Assembly: GCA_013115125.1 (NCBI GenBank)
Contig: JABANN010000153.1
Span: 1 to 60,490, forward strand
Reading direction: 5' to 3'
Length of the DNA stretch: 60,490 nt
Origin: Perkinsus olseni
Taxonomy: Eukaryota
Below, in pieces: positions 1-13,667 of the stretch; the stretch's first letter is position 1, and the number at the start of each line of letters is the position of its first letter. The notes under the pieces are model-generated. The model worked only from the letters and a program-made list of their open reading frames with translations, was not told where the DNA came from and did no database searches. The position numbers were made by a program, and so were the translations under genes.

Positions 1-1406
1 CCCGTAAAAGCTCCGTAGTAACGGAGAAAGCTCAATTTCTGCGATTTGCATATCAAAAGCGAACGCACTGTATTTCGGCAGGTCATATCTTTCGCCGAGG
101 CAGTGTACTCGCTGTCCTTCAACGCCCAAGGAGATCTCTTCGCCATCGGCCAGGGTGAAGGCCTCCTCACCGTTCTGCACTTCCCTAGCCTTTCACAGGT
201 TGGTCCTGGAAGAATCATTCTCATGCTACGCGATACTGTAGGTGTATTCCCGTCGCCTATCTGCGACTCGAGAGAGAATCTGTGATGTTCGTTTTTCGGG
301 CGACGGTATCTGGCTAGCGGCCGCCTGTTGGGACCAGAAGGTCTATCTCCTCCGCGTTCAATATGGGGCAACACTGAGGGTTGATGTCAACGACAGGGTA
401 GTAGGGTTGTTCAGTCATCTTGCCTGACTCCGATTTTATCGCTCATCGTAGCGGTTCTCGTGTGTACCTTCTTCGACGATTTAACGTTGTTATTTTCCCA
501 ACGAAGGCGAACTGATACGATTCATGAGTCAAGATAAGATTCTTTTCCATTAGTCATCGTTGTTTCAGGCGGTAAAAGGCATCACCGTTGCCCTGCACGC
601 TACGTTGAGGGGCAATTCGTCTTCGCCATTGAATGTGATGTTCACCAAGGATGGGTCGATCGTTATGAGTAACAGCAAGGACACCCAGATTCTCTTCTGG
701 CGGACCAAGGATGGAGCTCGCATGACCTCCGCTAGCATGTAAGATTTTCTGGGGATTCTCCGCCCGACTGCGATCTTAGGCTAATCCGTGGCATGTTTGT
801 GAGGTGGAAGTGAGAGATTATTTTCCAGGTTCCGGGATGCTCGATGGCAGGACAACTGGTCATGCGTGTTGGGGTGGCCAGTGATTGGAGTATGGGCCGA
901 CCCCGAGTACGACCAGACTGATGTCAACGCAGTCCACCAATCATCCGGCAATAATACCAGCCTGCTTGCTCTAGGAGATGACAATGGTAGAGTGAAGCTA
1001 TTGAGGTTCCCTTCACCCTACTTGAACGCCAGAGGGGCGGTGTACAGCGGTCATGCAAGCCACGTGACGAATGTGAGAACTGTAATAGACCTTCATAACC
1101 CTTCACCGCAATTCTCAGGTGCGCTTTAGTCCGATTAACACTCTCGTGTCCATCGGCGGGGGCGACCACTGTGTCATCCAGTGGAAGCTGGTCCCAAGGG
1201 CCCGACGTAGTGGCCGGCATGCTAGAGCGGCCAAGTGCGCCTGGCTCGAGGTCGACCCAGAAGCGGACTTGGAGGACCCGCTGGGCATCGGAAAGGTCGA
1301 GAGAGCGCGGTCACCAGAGGTCACTTCTGGCCGGGCTTATAATGAGGCCATGAGGCAGCATAGGAATAATTCATCATCTATCAGGAACATGTTGTCTTGG
1401 GACTAG
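1..1406 (+). CDS. Echinoderm microtubule-associated protein-like (EML/EMAP) WD40 protein, 3' part (multi-exon, 5' end outside window)
   Basis: Spliced exons read LGWPVIGVWADPEYDQTDVNAV...LALGDDNGRVKLLRFPS...YSGHASHVTN|VRFSPINTLVSIGGGDHCVIQWK, the characteristic EML C-terminal WD repeats. GT-AG intron at about 1072-1118. Stop position uncertain. Confidence 0.85.
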
Positions 1407-1510
1407 CGGTCTGTGTTCTTACGTTGTGCTCAGTCATCAGTCGAGTTGCGTTACGCAGGAGGGATACTGAAAGTGAGAGATCCTCAGTTACGATTGTACG
1501 GCTTGTGATA

Positions 1511-4500
1511 ATGCCGTATGAATCCGCGGGTTCAGCAGCGGGCGGATTGATCGATGCTCCCCATCCCGCCTTGCGTGAGCGTCTGATGTCGGGCGGAGCG
1601 GCAAATACCTTCACGATGCGGTCCAATTGCTCCAGGGTAATAGCGGTCGCCGAGGGCATGACGGTGTTCCTCATAAGGGCTTGGCGGGAAGAGTAGGAGG
1701 TCTATTAACATCGAGTGTCGTAGATATTCTTCGGGGTCAAAAGCGATTTTCTCTCCCTGTCTCTTTTGATAGAAACATTCTTTGCTGATGTTAGCCCTAG
1801 TCGATGTATTGATAACGGAATGCTCTTGGTAAAGCATCTTTGCTTCGAGGGCGTAACCCAGCGAGGCTCTGTCTCGTGTGCGGGCATTGGTCCAAGGAAG
1901 ACTGTGATGCTCTGTAGGCATACAAGCTGTTAGAATCGGATGGTGGCGACGGACTGAATCCATTAGGAGCCGGGGACTCCAGTGCAGAGGCGAGACCCGC
2001 TAAGAAGAAGAAAGGTAGTCCTGCTGCTGGCGGTAGTCTTCGCGGCTGGCATTGGTACAACAGTCTCTTGGCAGGTTCATTTATCGGAGTATTTGTTCCT
2101 ACCTGCGAGAACATGTGGGGAGTAAGTCGTTGAGCTTTTGGTGGCCGGCTCGGTATGTATGCTGTCCAGGTCCTCATCTTCCTCCGCTTCTTCACTATAG
2201 TCGGCAACGCAGGATTATTCCACTCCCTTTTGATCGTCCTATGCAGTTTCATTGTTGCCTTCTGTAAGCCCCCCCCCCGGTGGTCACCCTCCACACGCCT
2301 TTTCCTACTAGGTACCACGGCCTGTATGTCTGCCATGGCTAGTAGTGGTGGTCTGGTCTCTGAGGGAGGTCCCTATTATATGATTTCCCGTAGGTCTGGG
2401 AACGCGTTTCATCCATGAGGCTTAGCTCATAGCGTAGTTGACTTGTAGGCTCACTAAGACGTGTTATGCTTGTTGATGCTGCCGCTCGTTCCATCCTTGT
2501 GCAGGCACTATCGGAGCCTACCCTGGCGTGTCCATTGGTATAGCGTACTGGCTAGGCGGCACTCTCCTCGCGGTGATGGAGTCTGTCGGTGCTATCGATA
2601 CCCTCCTCATGTTGCTGCCCAAGGGTCCCAGCGGGGCTGTGATCCTGCCGGAATCAGCGTCGTGGCTGTCTCCTTTTCTGACACCCCTACCTTTATCATT
2701 CGCCCTCTTGTTCGTGCAGTTCCTCACGGTTTTCTTCGGCGGCATCGACGCGGTATCCAAGCTGGCTGTCCTCTTCATCGTCACTGTACTTGCCACCGTG
2801 GTTGCCTTCTTCGTCTCCCTAGCAGTTCCTGTATTCACAACAGGCGCCGACTTTCTCAGTGGCAACTTGTGGCCGCAGTACTCTGCCGGTACGAGCTTCA
2901 GTTCGATGCTCTCCCTCTTCTTCCCTTGCTTTACGGGGATACTTTCGGGAGCTAACCGTACGGATGTCCTCAAGGACCCACCGACCAACCTCAAGCGAGG
3001 GACCTTTGGTGCCATCTCCTTCTCCCTGGTCATGTACTCGTTATTCATGCTCCTCTGGGCATCTGCGGCGGACGCTGACAGTCTTCGAGGTAACATTGTT
3101 TTCTGCCAGTCTGTTGCGGTACGGTGGTTACGTTCAGGTGCTATGGACAACGGTCTGCTCTACAAGCTGCTGCTGCCGAATGCTCCAGTGGCCTTCGTAG
3201 GGGTCATGATCTCCTCGCTGTCTCAAAGCATGCAGTGTCTCGTAAGGTTGGCAGAGTTATTAGCCTCTCCGACCCACCTCCGGCTCAGGTTGTTGCCCCA
3301 AGGCTCCTATATTCCATAGCGTCTGATAACCTACTGCCACCACTCCGACCCATCGCTGTGCTGAGCGGGAAGTCGCAGGTAACCCTGGAGCGATATCTTG
3401 GCTCGGTGGTTACGCTTGCACGTTTTCAGGAACCTCATCGGGCGCTCGTGGTGACGATGATTCCTGCATGTCTTGCCCTAGGCATTCTCGGTTCCTCCCT
3501 GGACAGCATCGCTCCGCTGTTGACGATGTGTTTTCTGCTCTGCTATGCTTGCATCAACCTAAGCTGCCTCGTCCAGGTGAGTTCCTCGGGAACCCTGGTC
3601 CCCACTCACGCTCCGCTGTTTCAGACGGTCCTGAGCTCTGTCAACTGGCGTCCAGAGGGTATCCATACTTCCTACGGTCGAGCGTGGTACATATCCTCCA
3701 GCCTTCTGGGCTTCATCGCCTGCTGTGCTGTGATGCTCACGGTACACGTTGTGTTCGCCTTGGTTGTCTTTGCTATTTGTATTGCTGTCTACGTCTACAC
3801 CGACTACGTCAATGAGCGTGCGGCCTGGGGCTCAGGAATTGATGGCATCAGGTGGGCTGACGGAGCTATTTCGGGTAGCCGCACATCCGAAGTACGTTGT
3901 GTAGATACAACCTAGCACTGCAGACGCTGTTAGCCAAGGGGGACGAGCAACACCGCCGTGTCAATTGGCGTCCTCAGCCGCTGGTGGTCTATCAGGCTGG
4001 AAGGGAGGGGTAAGTCTATCACTATGAAATATCACATACCCGTTGGTTGTGTTAGAGAGTGTGACGTTCTGCTGAGCATCTGCAGCCAGATCAGAGGTGT
4101 CAGTAAGGGCATGTGCGTTGTCGCGGCCATCGCCGTTGGAGACCGAACGGACAGGGTAGGCAAGGCTCGCTTACAGAAGTGAATAGCACGGGTCCACCAT
4201 CAGCATCTGCAAGAAGCCCGAGGTGCCGAGGCTCATCTTCTCGAGCATAAGATGTCACAGCGTAAGGAAAGACCAACAGCGCTCATCAGTTGATCCGTGT
4301 TACCCCATCAGGGAAGCTTGATGGCTTTGCTACGGTGATACCTAGTCCGTCAATGTACGAGGGCGTCTCCAGTGCAGTGACCATCACCGGCCTCGGTGGT
4401 CTCAGACCTAACACTGTGAGCAGCTACTGCTAGAGCGAGGTGGGATGCCGTGGACGCAGGTCATTATTGCTTGGCCGGAGAAAGCGGACGGGTCGGAGCC

Positions 4501-7142
4501 GAGCAGCGGAGCGGCAGTTGAATTTGTGGGTTGGCGTTGGAAAAGATGTTCGAGTAAACTTGAGGCTTGGTGCAGGTCCGGACCCTCGAGGTCTGTCGAA
4601 TCGAGCAGAAAGCAGTGATTTGCGTCAAGGGTGCGTCTTCACGCTCTCTGTCCCGCTCCTTCTTGGACTACTTCGAGTACCCGGGCTACAGGGAGAGTCA
4701 GAAGGTCGGAACTCCGGCCAAATGCTACCAGTAATGAGAGTATTCCTGTCAGGTTGTTGATGTGTGGTGGATCATCCATGATGGCGGGCTGCTGGCGCTC
4801 CTTGCCTGGCTCTTCACAACACACGAGGTCTGGGTCTGGAAGACCACCCGGGTAGTACCGCATCTACCGCTAGCTCCATCGATCGTTGCTCTCCGCAGTT
4901 AGTCCCTGAGACCGTCACCCGAGGCTTCATATTGTCAGGTGCGAATCTTCGTAGTGATGGAGGAAATCACGGCGGAGCAGGCAGCAGCAGCCGGGCAGAA
5001 GCTAGAGAACACTCTCAGACGGAAGCGACTGTTCCAGACGGTTGAGGTGGAGGTCGTCGTTTTGGATGATAAGATGATCGAGCCGTACACCTACGATTGG
5101 ACTCTTCGCTACGAGAAGAGGGCGCAGTTCCAGCCCACGGTGGGTTGCATGCACGCTAGCGTCCCTTCGAGGAGGGATGGGGTCAGATTCACCAAGCACA
5201 CGCCAAGGAGAACGTCTTCCCGAGCCAGCTCGATGACCTCTTCTCTGATATGAACGCTAATAACGCTGCCGAGGACAGTGGTGACCACCCGGACAAGGCC
5301 AAGCCCAGTCGGGGATCGGTCGACGATCTTCCCGAGAAATCGGGGTCGAGGCCGTCAGCGATGGATTCGGATCAGCTACAGGTCAGTCACAGCCTCTCAG
5401 TGGGTGCAACTAAGGTTGATTCCTTCCAGATTGACGTGCCACGCTCGGCCGAGGCTGAACCCGCCGGTGTGCCGGGTATTAATATTCACGATGCGCAGAC
5501 GCACACCCCGAGGACGCCCCAAGACAGGCCCAGTGGGGATGATACCCGAGGCCTTGCTAGACGAACGTCCTTTTCAAGCATCGGTTCCCTCAGTTGCACG
5601 TACGGCCGAGATATCGGATTGCCGAGAGGAATCTCCCGTCCTTTCAGGGAGGGCCAGGCGGTTTATACGAATGATGGAAGGCGCAGAAGTCAAGTCTACA
5701 ACAGTCTTGGCTCGGTCGATGAAGCGGAGCTCCGGCAGAAGATAGCGGATTCCCTCCGGGCGCAGGGAGGTGAGGCGTCCCCGCGCGCGGCGTCTCGGAT
5801 GGGCTTCCTTACCTCAGTGTTGGTGAGCCCAGCGCGGGAGAAGCAGCTGCTGCGGAGTGTCGGCGCGCGCGTGCTGAACAGAAGGGCTGCTATGGAAAAT
5901 GCTGCAGGCAAGCCCGGATGGATTTTCGTGGCGCGCGAGATATTTCCTTCAGCCTGTGGTCTCAATAGCCCGTCGATGATGGGGTCTAGTATGGCGGCTA
6001 ACCCGGCCATGTTCGACCACCATGACACCAGTGGGGGGCGCTACAACTCAGGTCAGTCTTGGGCTCTCCTAGCCGGGAGCGTTTTCTGGCTCTTGTTATA
6101 GTCATCCTCCCGGGACTGGACGGATTGGGCCACGATAGTATGACGGTATGTTAGTCCTTTCAGGTCAGCTACTGGACCCCCTACTCCCGGGCTCTCGCCT
6201 GCCTAGTACGTGCTGAACGGAGATGGGCTTCGGTTTATCATCCTTCTCGCAGGTATGGTCGGTCAAACCCCTGTGCCGTCGTCAGCATTTGATGGAACGT
6301 CTCATGCGCCGAGCCGTCTCATGGCGCATAGGACGGGCCAGCCCAGCTTCACTAGGCTGCAGAGCCAGATGTTCTTGCAGCCGCCGCAGGCCACCGGTGC
6401 GGCTACCCAGCAAGAGCTGACTCCCACCGGCAACTTTGTTCCACACCCCGGCCCCGCTTCGTCTCGTGGCAAGGACCTGCCTTCTCCGCCCGCGTCCGGT
6501 TTGGAAGTGCCGCTCATGGTGAGTCCTGTCGAAGAGTTTAGATGCTGGTTCCATTCCCTACTATGGAAGTCGATCACTGCCCGCCAGGTGCCGGTGGAAG
6601 AGGGTTCAACGGAGTCAGTCGGACACGAGAACGATGGTTCGGAGCGGCCTCGCGATGTCTCCGCCAGCCACGATGACTGCGAGCAGTATTTCTACACGCT
6701 CAATCGGATCATCCTATCACGGTAAGGGACCCCTTTTTGGATTTAGATGGGACTCATTATCCCTACAGGTCCTCAGAGAGCTCCCTAGTCTTGATGAACA
6801 TGCCAAGCATCTGGTCGGTTGAAACAGATGATGACTGTGAAGCCTTCACTGCGTAAGTCTTTCCCGTCGTTTGTAAAGTGGTAATTCTTGCCTGACGTGA
6901 ACTAACTCTGCTGTTGTGGAATGCAAATCGCAGTTGTCTTAGTGTTTATGTCGTCCGACAGAGCCTCGCAGCCAACACATCGAATAGCGGGAGAGTCTTG
7001 AGAAGGGGGATTCTTTTCTTCCCAACTCGATCGACTTTGCATTTGCATCTTATGGCGCTTCAGGTACTGTGACTGCCTCACTGCGGGGCTCGAGAGGGTT
7101 CTTCTTGTAGCCGGCGGTCGAGACACCCTACTCGACTTCTGA
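1511..7142 (+). CDS. SLC12 cation-chloride cotransporter #1 (KCC/CCC-like), multi-exon
   Basis: Motifs GVFVPTCENMWGVLIFLR, GGPYYMISR, LFFPCFTGILSGANR, SIAPLLTMCFLLCYACINLSC, WGSGIDGIR, NWRPQ, GLGGLRPNT, VDVWWIIHDGGL and the C-terminal CLTAGLERVLLVAGGRDTLLDF* (TGA 7140-7142). Start codon tentative. Confidence 0.92.
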
Positions 7143-7440
7143 TACCGCCCGTGTATGCTGCCACTACTGCTACGTCCACCCAACTAGATTTTTTTCTAAG
7201 CCGGAAGCTACTCAGTGGGTCTCTGAATAACAGACAAACCTGAGTAGACTGCTGCCATCAAGCGAGGAGGTTGGTCCCCGCTGTGCCCTATTAACTCTTT
7301 ACTATCAGTAGCTATTGCATCCACTTATTTTCATACTAACAGGAGTCCTCTTTGGTTCAAATACGCCGGGCCTCCGAGTTGGGGTTTCCGCAGTAGAGCC
7401 TTTGTAATGTCAACGGCGGCCAAGTCTGAACTGAGGGACG

Positions 7441-8369
7441 ATGAGTAGGTATATGGGCGGTCATGGTGCGTGGGGTTGGTGCCCAGCTCGTGGTCACTGA
7501 GACTGGTTCCAAGTATTCTTGCTCAGTGATCGGACGACCTCGCCATCGCCGCCGCCCTCGACAGTGGACACCGACCAGAGCTTGTTCGAGGCCGATAGGT
7601 TCCGCCCTGCTAGGTTGTTCCCTATTGGTGGGTTGACGCCTGTGGAAAGGCATGGCCTATTGAGATCACGCACTGTCCTCAGGCCTGACTGTGGATGATC
7701 CGATAAAGGCAGGGCTGGCATGCAAGAAGAAGCCACGGTGGCGGCGGAGACCCGTGGTAAGTTTGTCGAGTTCTCAGCGCTTCAGGCTACTCGTTGACGC
7801 TTCGATAGCTATTGACCCGTACGCGGAGTAAGTAGCAAGCGGGTTCCTTGTGAGCTGCATCTCTCTTCTGAACACGCAGCCCCTCCGGTGCATTCGCCCG
7901 TCTGGCGATCTTGTCGAGTAATCGCGAGTATCACTTTGCTTCAGGTACAACCCAATGGCCTCACGACTTACCACTGGGAGAAGGTATCGGACATGGATGA
8001 TGGAGAGCAGCAATCAGACGGCTCCGAGCATCGACCAAATTCTGTGGCTACCACTTATCTCCCGGCGAGGAGGGCTAGGGTGTTCCAAGGGGAAGAGGGG
8101 CTCATCCCGGACGTCCTGGACCAGCGAGTGTGGGTGAAGATAAAGGACGAAATTGAGAAGCGATTCAAGTGTAATGACGCTGCTGTTGTCTGACTCGCGA
8201 AGCTCTATAGGAATTAGCTTCGAGCGGGTAGAGCTGTACCGGTGGTCTGTTCCGTCAGGTACCTGTTCAAACAGTGCGACTTCGAGTAAGTCCCTCTTCA
8301 CCCAAGGGGAGTGCCAATACCTCCTGGAGGCCGCGAAGGTCTATGGTGGTCACGAGCGGTGGCCAGTAG
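7441..8369 (+). CDS. Hypothetical protein, multi-exon
   Basis: Coding-like segments (e.g. ARVFQGEEGLIPDVLDQRVWVKIKDEIEKRFK) separated by short GT-AG introns. No recognisable domain; model uncertain. Confidence 0.35.
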
Positions 8370-8823
8370 TAGTCGATCGCTGGATTACCCGATGTGACTC
8401 CGACTTGAAGGCTAATCACTGTGAGCTAAGACCCTCCTCCTGCCACGGGCATCGGGGTCTCCTGTTGCCAGGCCCGTGTCGAGAACGTTTTTTGAAGAGC
8501 TTAATGTATGTTATGCTCGTCCATTTACTAGCGATTGAGAGGAAGGACGGCATTCACTCGATCAGCGATGCACAGCACAAGTCGTGCTCCTTGTTGGCGG
8601 CAAAGTAGGAGTGCGGCGCAGCTGTTGCGGCCGGACAGGCGCTGTCAGGTACCATAAGGATTATGATGATAATCGAAGGCAAATCTCGGAGAAACAGCTG
8701 AATCTTGACGAAGGCTCGAGGCTCCACTTCCGACTCAACTTTCGCAATTTACTAAGAGCGTGTCAAATACCGGTGGTAGGCGCCCTCTTCTGTCGGTTCC
8801 TGGTTATTGCGACTTCCCACTGG

Positions 8824-9675
8824 ATGTCTTCAGACCAGCAAGTACGCAGAGTTCGTGGATGGCGTCAAGGGCGAGCATGTTACGAAGTCATCGCGGAAGA
8901 AGCGCAAGCGTGAGGTAGGGTCCTTGTTAGGCGGTACCTCTCCTGGTAGAGCTAGTGCTTGCGGTGGTGTTATTCAGGCCGATCCCTCAGAGATCCGAGC
9001 AGCCAGGAGTTGTTCGCTGTTCCCGCCACCTGTGATCGGAGCCAGTTTGTCAAGTAAGCTTGCTCTGGCCCTGTACCCAGAGCTTGGGTGCATCTGAGTG
9101 CTCGATCGTCCCTCGTCTTCAGCTACTAATATCCGGCATCCATTCCACTACCATATTCTCATGGCCCAGAATGGGTCCCTCCCGAATGGGGTAAGCATGT
9201 GCCTGTCACCCGGCTGTGTATCTTTCCTCGGAATGTTGTGATTATTCACCGTCGCCTCAGACACCTCGTACGGGGCATTCCAAGCATGACAGCGCGGCGA
9301 CGTGTGTCCAGAGCGAAGTCAGCACCATCCTGTCGGCTATGGGCTTCCCGCAGTTGCAACCCCAGTGCCGGACCCCTAGAACTAGCCGATTGTAGGTCCC
9401 AACCGTACCCGCTCCCTCGACAATCGCGACTCTCAGGTACGCCGTGCTCTGCAAGAAGATCGAGATACTAGCTATGCTGCGTGAAATTCATGCTCAAAGT
9501 AAGCTCGACGGAAGCGAATTCTCGGAACTGTCTCTTCCTTGCAGGGCGGTTGCAAGTAGAGGACCTTCATGCTGAGTACACTAACCTTACTCAGCGGATA
9601 AAGCTCCTCTCGAGAGCTGGCACACTACAGCGATCTCAGGCAGCTCAGAGGGCGAGGCCGAGATCGGCAAGATGA
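8824..9675 (+). CDS. Hypothetical protein with basic NLS-like stretch and C-terminal coiled coil
   Basis: Exons give KSSRKKRKRE ... EVSTILSAMGFPQ|VPTVPAPST..LCKKIEILAMLREIHAQ|RLQVEDLHAEYTNLTQRIKLL. Start uncertain. Confidence 0.45.
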
Positions 9676-9882
9676 ACTATTGTATCATCAGTTGACGTCG
9701 ACCACTAGAGGGAGTTGTGTTGTGTGAATTATTGGGCGCTCGAGAATGGGGCTTTTGTACCCCAATGTACGTGAGGGGTTCATCTCTACGGCTTCTCGAG
9801 CCTCGCGGACTCTATTCTGACCACTGCTGCCGTCGTGTAAGAATCGCGATCGAACCTCTGCGCGATTCAGAGAGCGCTGAGG

Positions 9883-11046
9883 GTGATGACTGCGGCCTTT
9901 GCCTTATCGCGGCCCTTGGACGACAGCGGTATGTATCGCAGTTCTCTCAGTATGTTCGTCTCTCTGCTTGTGTTCTGCTGTCTCTTCACGACTCCATGGT
10001 GCTTCAATTGTTTCTCTGAGTATGAAGTGTCCTGGTGGGGAGCTCGAGGGGAAGAATTCAATTACACGTTCAGCGCGTCACACTTCCAGCTAAAAGCAAT
10101 CAACTTCTACGAAACTGGAAAGCGGCCTCCTCTGAAGGAAGCCTACGTGCTAGCCCGTTCGCCTAGAGACTTCGTTATGCGCATGATAGACGAGTGCCCG
10201 AGCACCATGGTCATCGCCTATGGTCTGCTAGCGGAGTCCCGCCTCTCCATCGACCCAGAGGATGCCGCCGGTCTGCGGTGGTTGGCGGTCTTCCAAGCTG
10301 TCTATGAGGGCATACCAGAGCCAAGAAGAGATTCTATGCTTTCTGGCTGGCCTCTCTACAGAGCCGTGGCCAACCTGAATGGGATATTGCAGTCGGACCC
10401 TATGACTGCCGAGGCCGTCTATGTAGGCTGCATGCCGGTAGAAACACTACTAAACGGCACTCGAATCACCACCTATGATACCTGTGCTGGTCCTTGGCAC
10501 GGCTGGTCATACTGTGAAGCTTACGCCGATTTCCTCCGGTCCGGCAAACCCGATGCCGGCTTCGTGCTCTTCCTCAATGGAAACTTCTCGGTAGAGTACG
10601 TCGAGCTCGTTATTCGCTCGATCCAAGCCGGAACGTTTCATGCGAGATTTGCGTATCTTGGAGAGGGTAGGCAGTTGAAGACCGCTGAGGCTGATGTCTG
10701 TGGTCTGCCGACAGGAGAGCGCCTGGCTGGTTACGATGGAGGCCTTTTCGTGACACGGAGGGACGCACTGCAATCCGTTGTCTCGTCCGGGATGCCTTCA
10801 TGTGACTGCGACTCTCTCGATCGAGTGTGGCATGTCCTGTTCGGCCAGCCGGAGGAGTATTCGCGAATCAGCGAGTCGCTCGAGATACCTATGGGGTTGA
10901 GGTTGAAGTACTTGGATACGCACACACGAGAATCTTGGCTCAATGCGGAGCTCGGACCAGTAGTTCCGAGCCGCCCGATGCCCATGCCTTGGGAGGAGGA
11001 TAGTGACATGGATTGGGGTGGCGGCAGAATCATGGACCCGTTGTAG
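9883..11046 (+). CDS. Single-exon membrane-anchored or secreted protein with DUF3431-like C-terminal domain
   Basis: 387-aa ORF with an N-terminal hydrophobic segment. CEAYADFL...FVLFLNG, GGLFVTRRDAL and SLDRVWHVLFG resemble the DUF3431 pattern (EA.AYL..I / F.V.R..I / ER.WH..FG). Confidence 0.6.
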   Translation: MMTAAFALSRPLDDSGMYRSSLSMFVSLLVFCCLFTTPWCFNCFSEYEVSWWGARGEEFNYTFSASHFQLKAINFYETGKRPPLKEAYVLARSPRDFVMRMIDECPSTMVIAYGLLAESRLSIDPEDAAGLRWLAVFQAVYEGIPEPRRDSMLSGWPLYRAVANLNGILQSDPMTAEAVYVGCMPVETLLNGTRITTYDTCAGPWHGWSYCEAYADFLRSGKPDAGFVLFLNGNFSVEYVELVIRSIQAGTFHARFAYLGEGRQLKTAEADVCGLPTGERLAGYDGGLFVTRRDALQSVVSSGMPSCDCDSLDRVWHVLFGQPEEYSRISESLEIPMGLRLKYLDTHTRESWLNAELGPVVPSRPMPMPWEEDSDMDWGGGRIMDPL

Positions 11047-11270
11047 CATTTCCTTGCTCATTCGAGTTGTGTTATTCCCTATGGGGTCCTGCAATTCAGT
11101 CTATCGTCGAGTCTCTGAATCGGGTCCGGTCGTTTTCTGATGTTCCGCATGAGGCAAGGTTGGCCTTTAATGGCGTATCTGGAAGTTAGTAGCTGCATAC
11201 CGTCGAGCTCGGCCGGGCCGGTGCTAACAGCTAGCACTGGAATTCAGTTTTTGAGAACTTATTAATCATA

Positions 11271-11859
11271 ATGAGCGAAGCGGAAGTTGATTCGCAGCAG
11301 CCTACGGTTGGTCATGCCCTCGATGGACTGGCTCATCCTCGGCACAGGCTCAGGAGGCTCACCTCTTCCGGATGGTACCGAGCCCTTATGATTACTTGTT
11401 AGACCTTTCCATGATGCTCAGGATCCCTACACCAGCTGGGTCTTCATTCGCCTCGGCGATTCCTCGGTCAATGTCTTCTGTGTCCTGCTTCGAGCCAAGC
11501 TTCATATTCGATTCATGTGACTACGACGCTATACCTGAGGATGTCGAGGCTGACCTGATTGGGGAAACTCCGACTGTCTCCGAAGGAGAGGAAGAACCAT
11601 CTTCACGAGGTGACCACTGTTACCTCGCCTACTCTTCGTGGGTCAAGGATACTAATAGTGCTGCGACGACTAGGGTCAGCTGCGACCGATCTATTTGTTC
11701 GGTCTAGATTCCGACGGGACGTCACCGGCAGAGGCCGCTGCTAGATCATCGGAGAACTGGGCGAAGGTGAAGGCCATTACAAGATGGCAGCGACAGCTAT
11801 CGGCCACCAGAAAACGCAGAGCGAAGATGGTGAGATCAAGTCGTCTCTTGAAGCGATGA
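11271..11859 (+). CDS. Small hypothetical protein (acidic middle, basic C-terminus), multi-exon
   Basis: MSEAEVDSQQPT|...FDSCDYDAIPEDVEADLIGETP...|...RWQRQLSATRKRRAKMVRSSRLLKR*, with plausible GT-AG introns. Confidence 0.45.
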
Positions 11860-11932
11860 TCTTGTTCCCGGTTCGTAGGCCACATCCTTCGCCCTTCTCT
11901 ACTTCCTGTGTGGGGTAGGGTCTCATATACCC

Positions 11933-13098
11933 ATGGAGCTGCTGGTCACCGAGGACAAGTCTGCAGCTTTCCTGTGTGCCATCTTGGTACGTCTCGTCGG
12001 CTCACCAATGGCCCCGTCCTCACTGCTGCCCCATGGTGTTCAGATTCATCTCTTCATCGTTGTGAGGCGGCTCCCCAGCATACCAGCGACAATTGGCGAT
12101 CATAGAATACCGATGAAGTGGCACTTTATGTTCAGCGTATGCGCTTTTGGATATGCTTACCTCAAAGCCCTCGGAATCACTATGCTCCCAATGACAGCTG
12201 TGGTGAGTATCTTGCTCCTCGGCCTCTCCTCCTGAATGTGTTTAATTGATCGGATAGCAATAGGCCGACGTTCCGGCCTCAGAGAGATGCCACGCTACGG
12301 GTCCTAATGCCTGGCTCAGGTCGTGGTGTCGAATCTTCAGCTGGCGACTGGAATGATCGTAGGGGCGTTGTGGCTGGATAAGAGGTACGCAGCTTTCAAA
12401 GCTGTCTTGCTCGGGAGGGACTCCGCCTCCCTAGCCGATCAGTCCAAGCATGCTAGATACACCTCGGTCCAGATCGGATCAGTCCTCCTCACAACCTCCG
12501 GCATCATCGTCTGCGCCCTTCTGTCATCGCACGGCTCTTCCCAGGCAACTGAGGGCAGCGACATGGCGCTTGGTTTGGCCCTGATGTTCACTGCCGTCCT
12601 CTGTGGGACTCTACAGACCTTCTTAGTGAACCGCTGCTTCTCTATCTACGGCCCCCACGTCGACGAGCAGTTGCTCATGCAGCATCTCATCGGCCTACCG
12701 CTACTGCTGGTATCACCCCGGGGAGCCGAATCCATTCGAAGAGTGTTGTTGTCCCAAAGTTCCGGTCGCGCAGCTCTAGTGACCATAGCCTACCTGACTG
12801 GTAAGCGGGCTCGCTGGAGTTTTGTACTCACGTCACGCTGTATTCAGGTAACATGGTGCTTGCCCAGCTCTGCCGGCGGTACATGCTGAGACTGTCGAGT
12901 ACTACACAACACGTGACCTGCGAGCTCATGGCCACCATCCAGCGATTCGCCTGCCTGCTCCTGTCGGCCTACGTCTTCCATGCCCCGCCTTACCCACCCA
13001 GGACGATGGCGCTGGGAGCAGCAGCGCTGCTGGTGGGCTCTCTGTGCTACGTGTCGGCTCCACAGTACGCGGAAGCCGGGAAGTCAAAAGAAGAATGA
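11933..13098 (+). CDS. Nucleotide-sugar transporter, UAA/SLC35B4 (YEA4)-like
   Basis: Multiple TM segments. IPMKWHFMFSV...ALGITMLPMT, NLQLATGMIVGALWLDKR|YTSVQIGSVLLTTSGII, EQLLMQHLIGLP and TIQRFACLLLSAYVF match the SLC35B4 layout. Ends KSKEE*. Confidence 0.8.
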
Positions 13099-13667
13099 CT
13101 GATACTGGTTGCTTTGGTCGTTCACTAGTGTCTATTTTAATGCGTGATCTGATCCAACAGAGTGGTTTCTAATATCTGGAGTACTTGTGTGACGAGCGGG
13201 CCTGATCGATCTTGCTAAGTTACCTGAAGGATTCACTTGGGTCACGGGTCACGCGCACCACGAGAGCGTTGGATTCAGGCAACTTGCCTGAGGCAAGTGC
13301 GTTATTGGTCGGTGGAGACGTGTTTGACTGATCGAGCGGCGATAGAGTTCCTGGCTTTCGACGCTGGCCTCAGGGCCTCTACTGCTGGTTTCCTTCTCAG
13401 TGCCTCGTATTTGACGCGGAGGCCGGAGGCTTCTCGGGCTACGACCGAGTTGATTATCTGTTTCAGCAATAGTTCATGTCATACGTCTGAAGTTAGCCCG
13501 AGCGATATATCCCCGCTTGCATGCCCAGGATGGGCTTCTGTCTGCCATACTGAGATGCCTCCGACTAGCACTCGGGACCGGACGTTGCGTTTCCATCGGC
13601 ATGTCGACCGCCCTGCGTTGGGTCCTTGCGTACGCGAGTGTCGACTTTCTCTCAGTCCACTCTTTCA

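Noticed and set aside
8824-9675. DMAP1/SWC4 identity for the small + strand gene
   Set aside because: Only a faint resemblance in one helical segment and no SANT domain seen; left as hypothetical.
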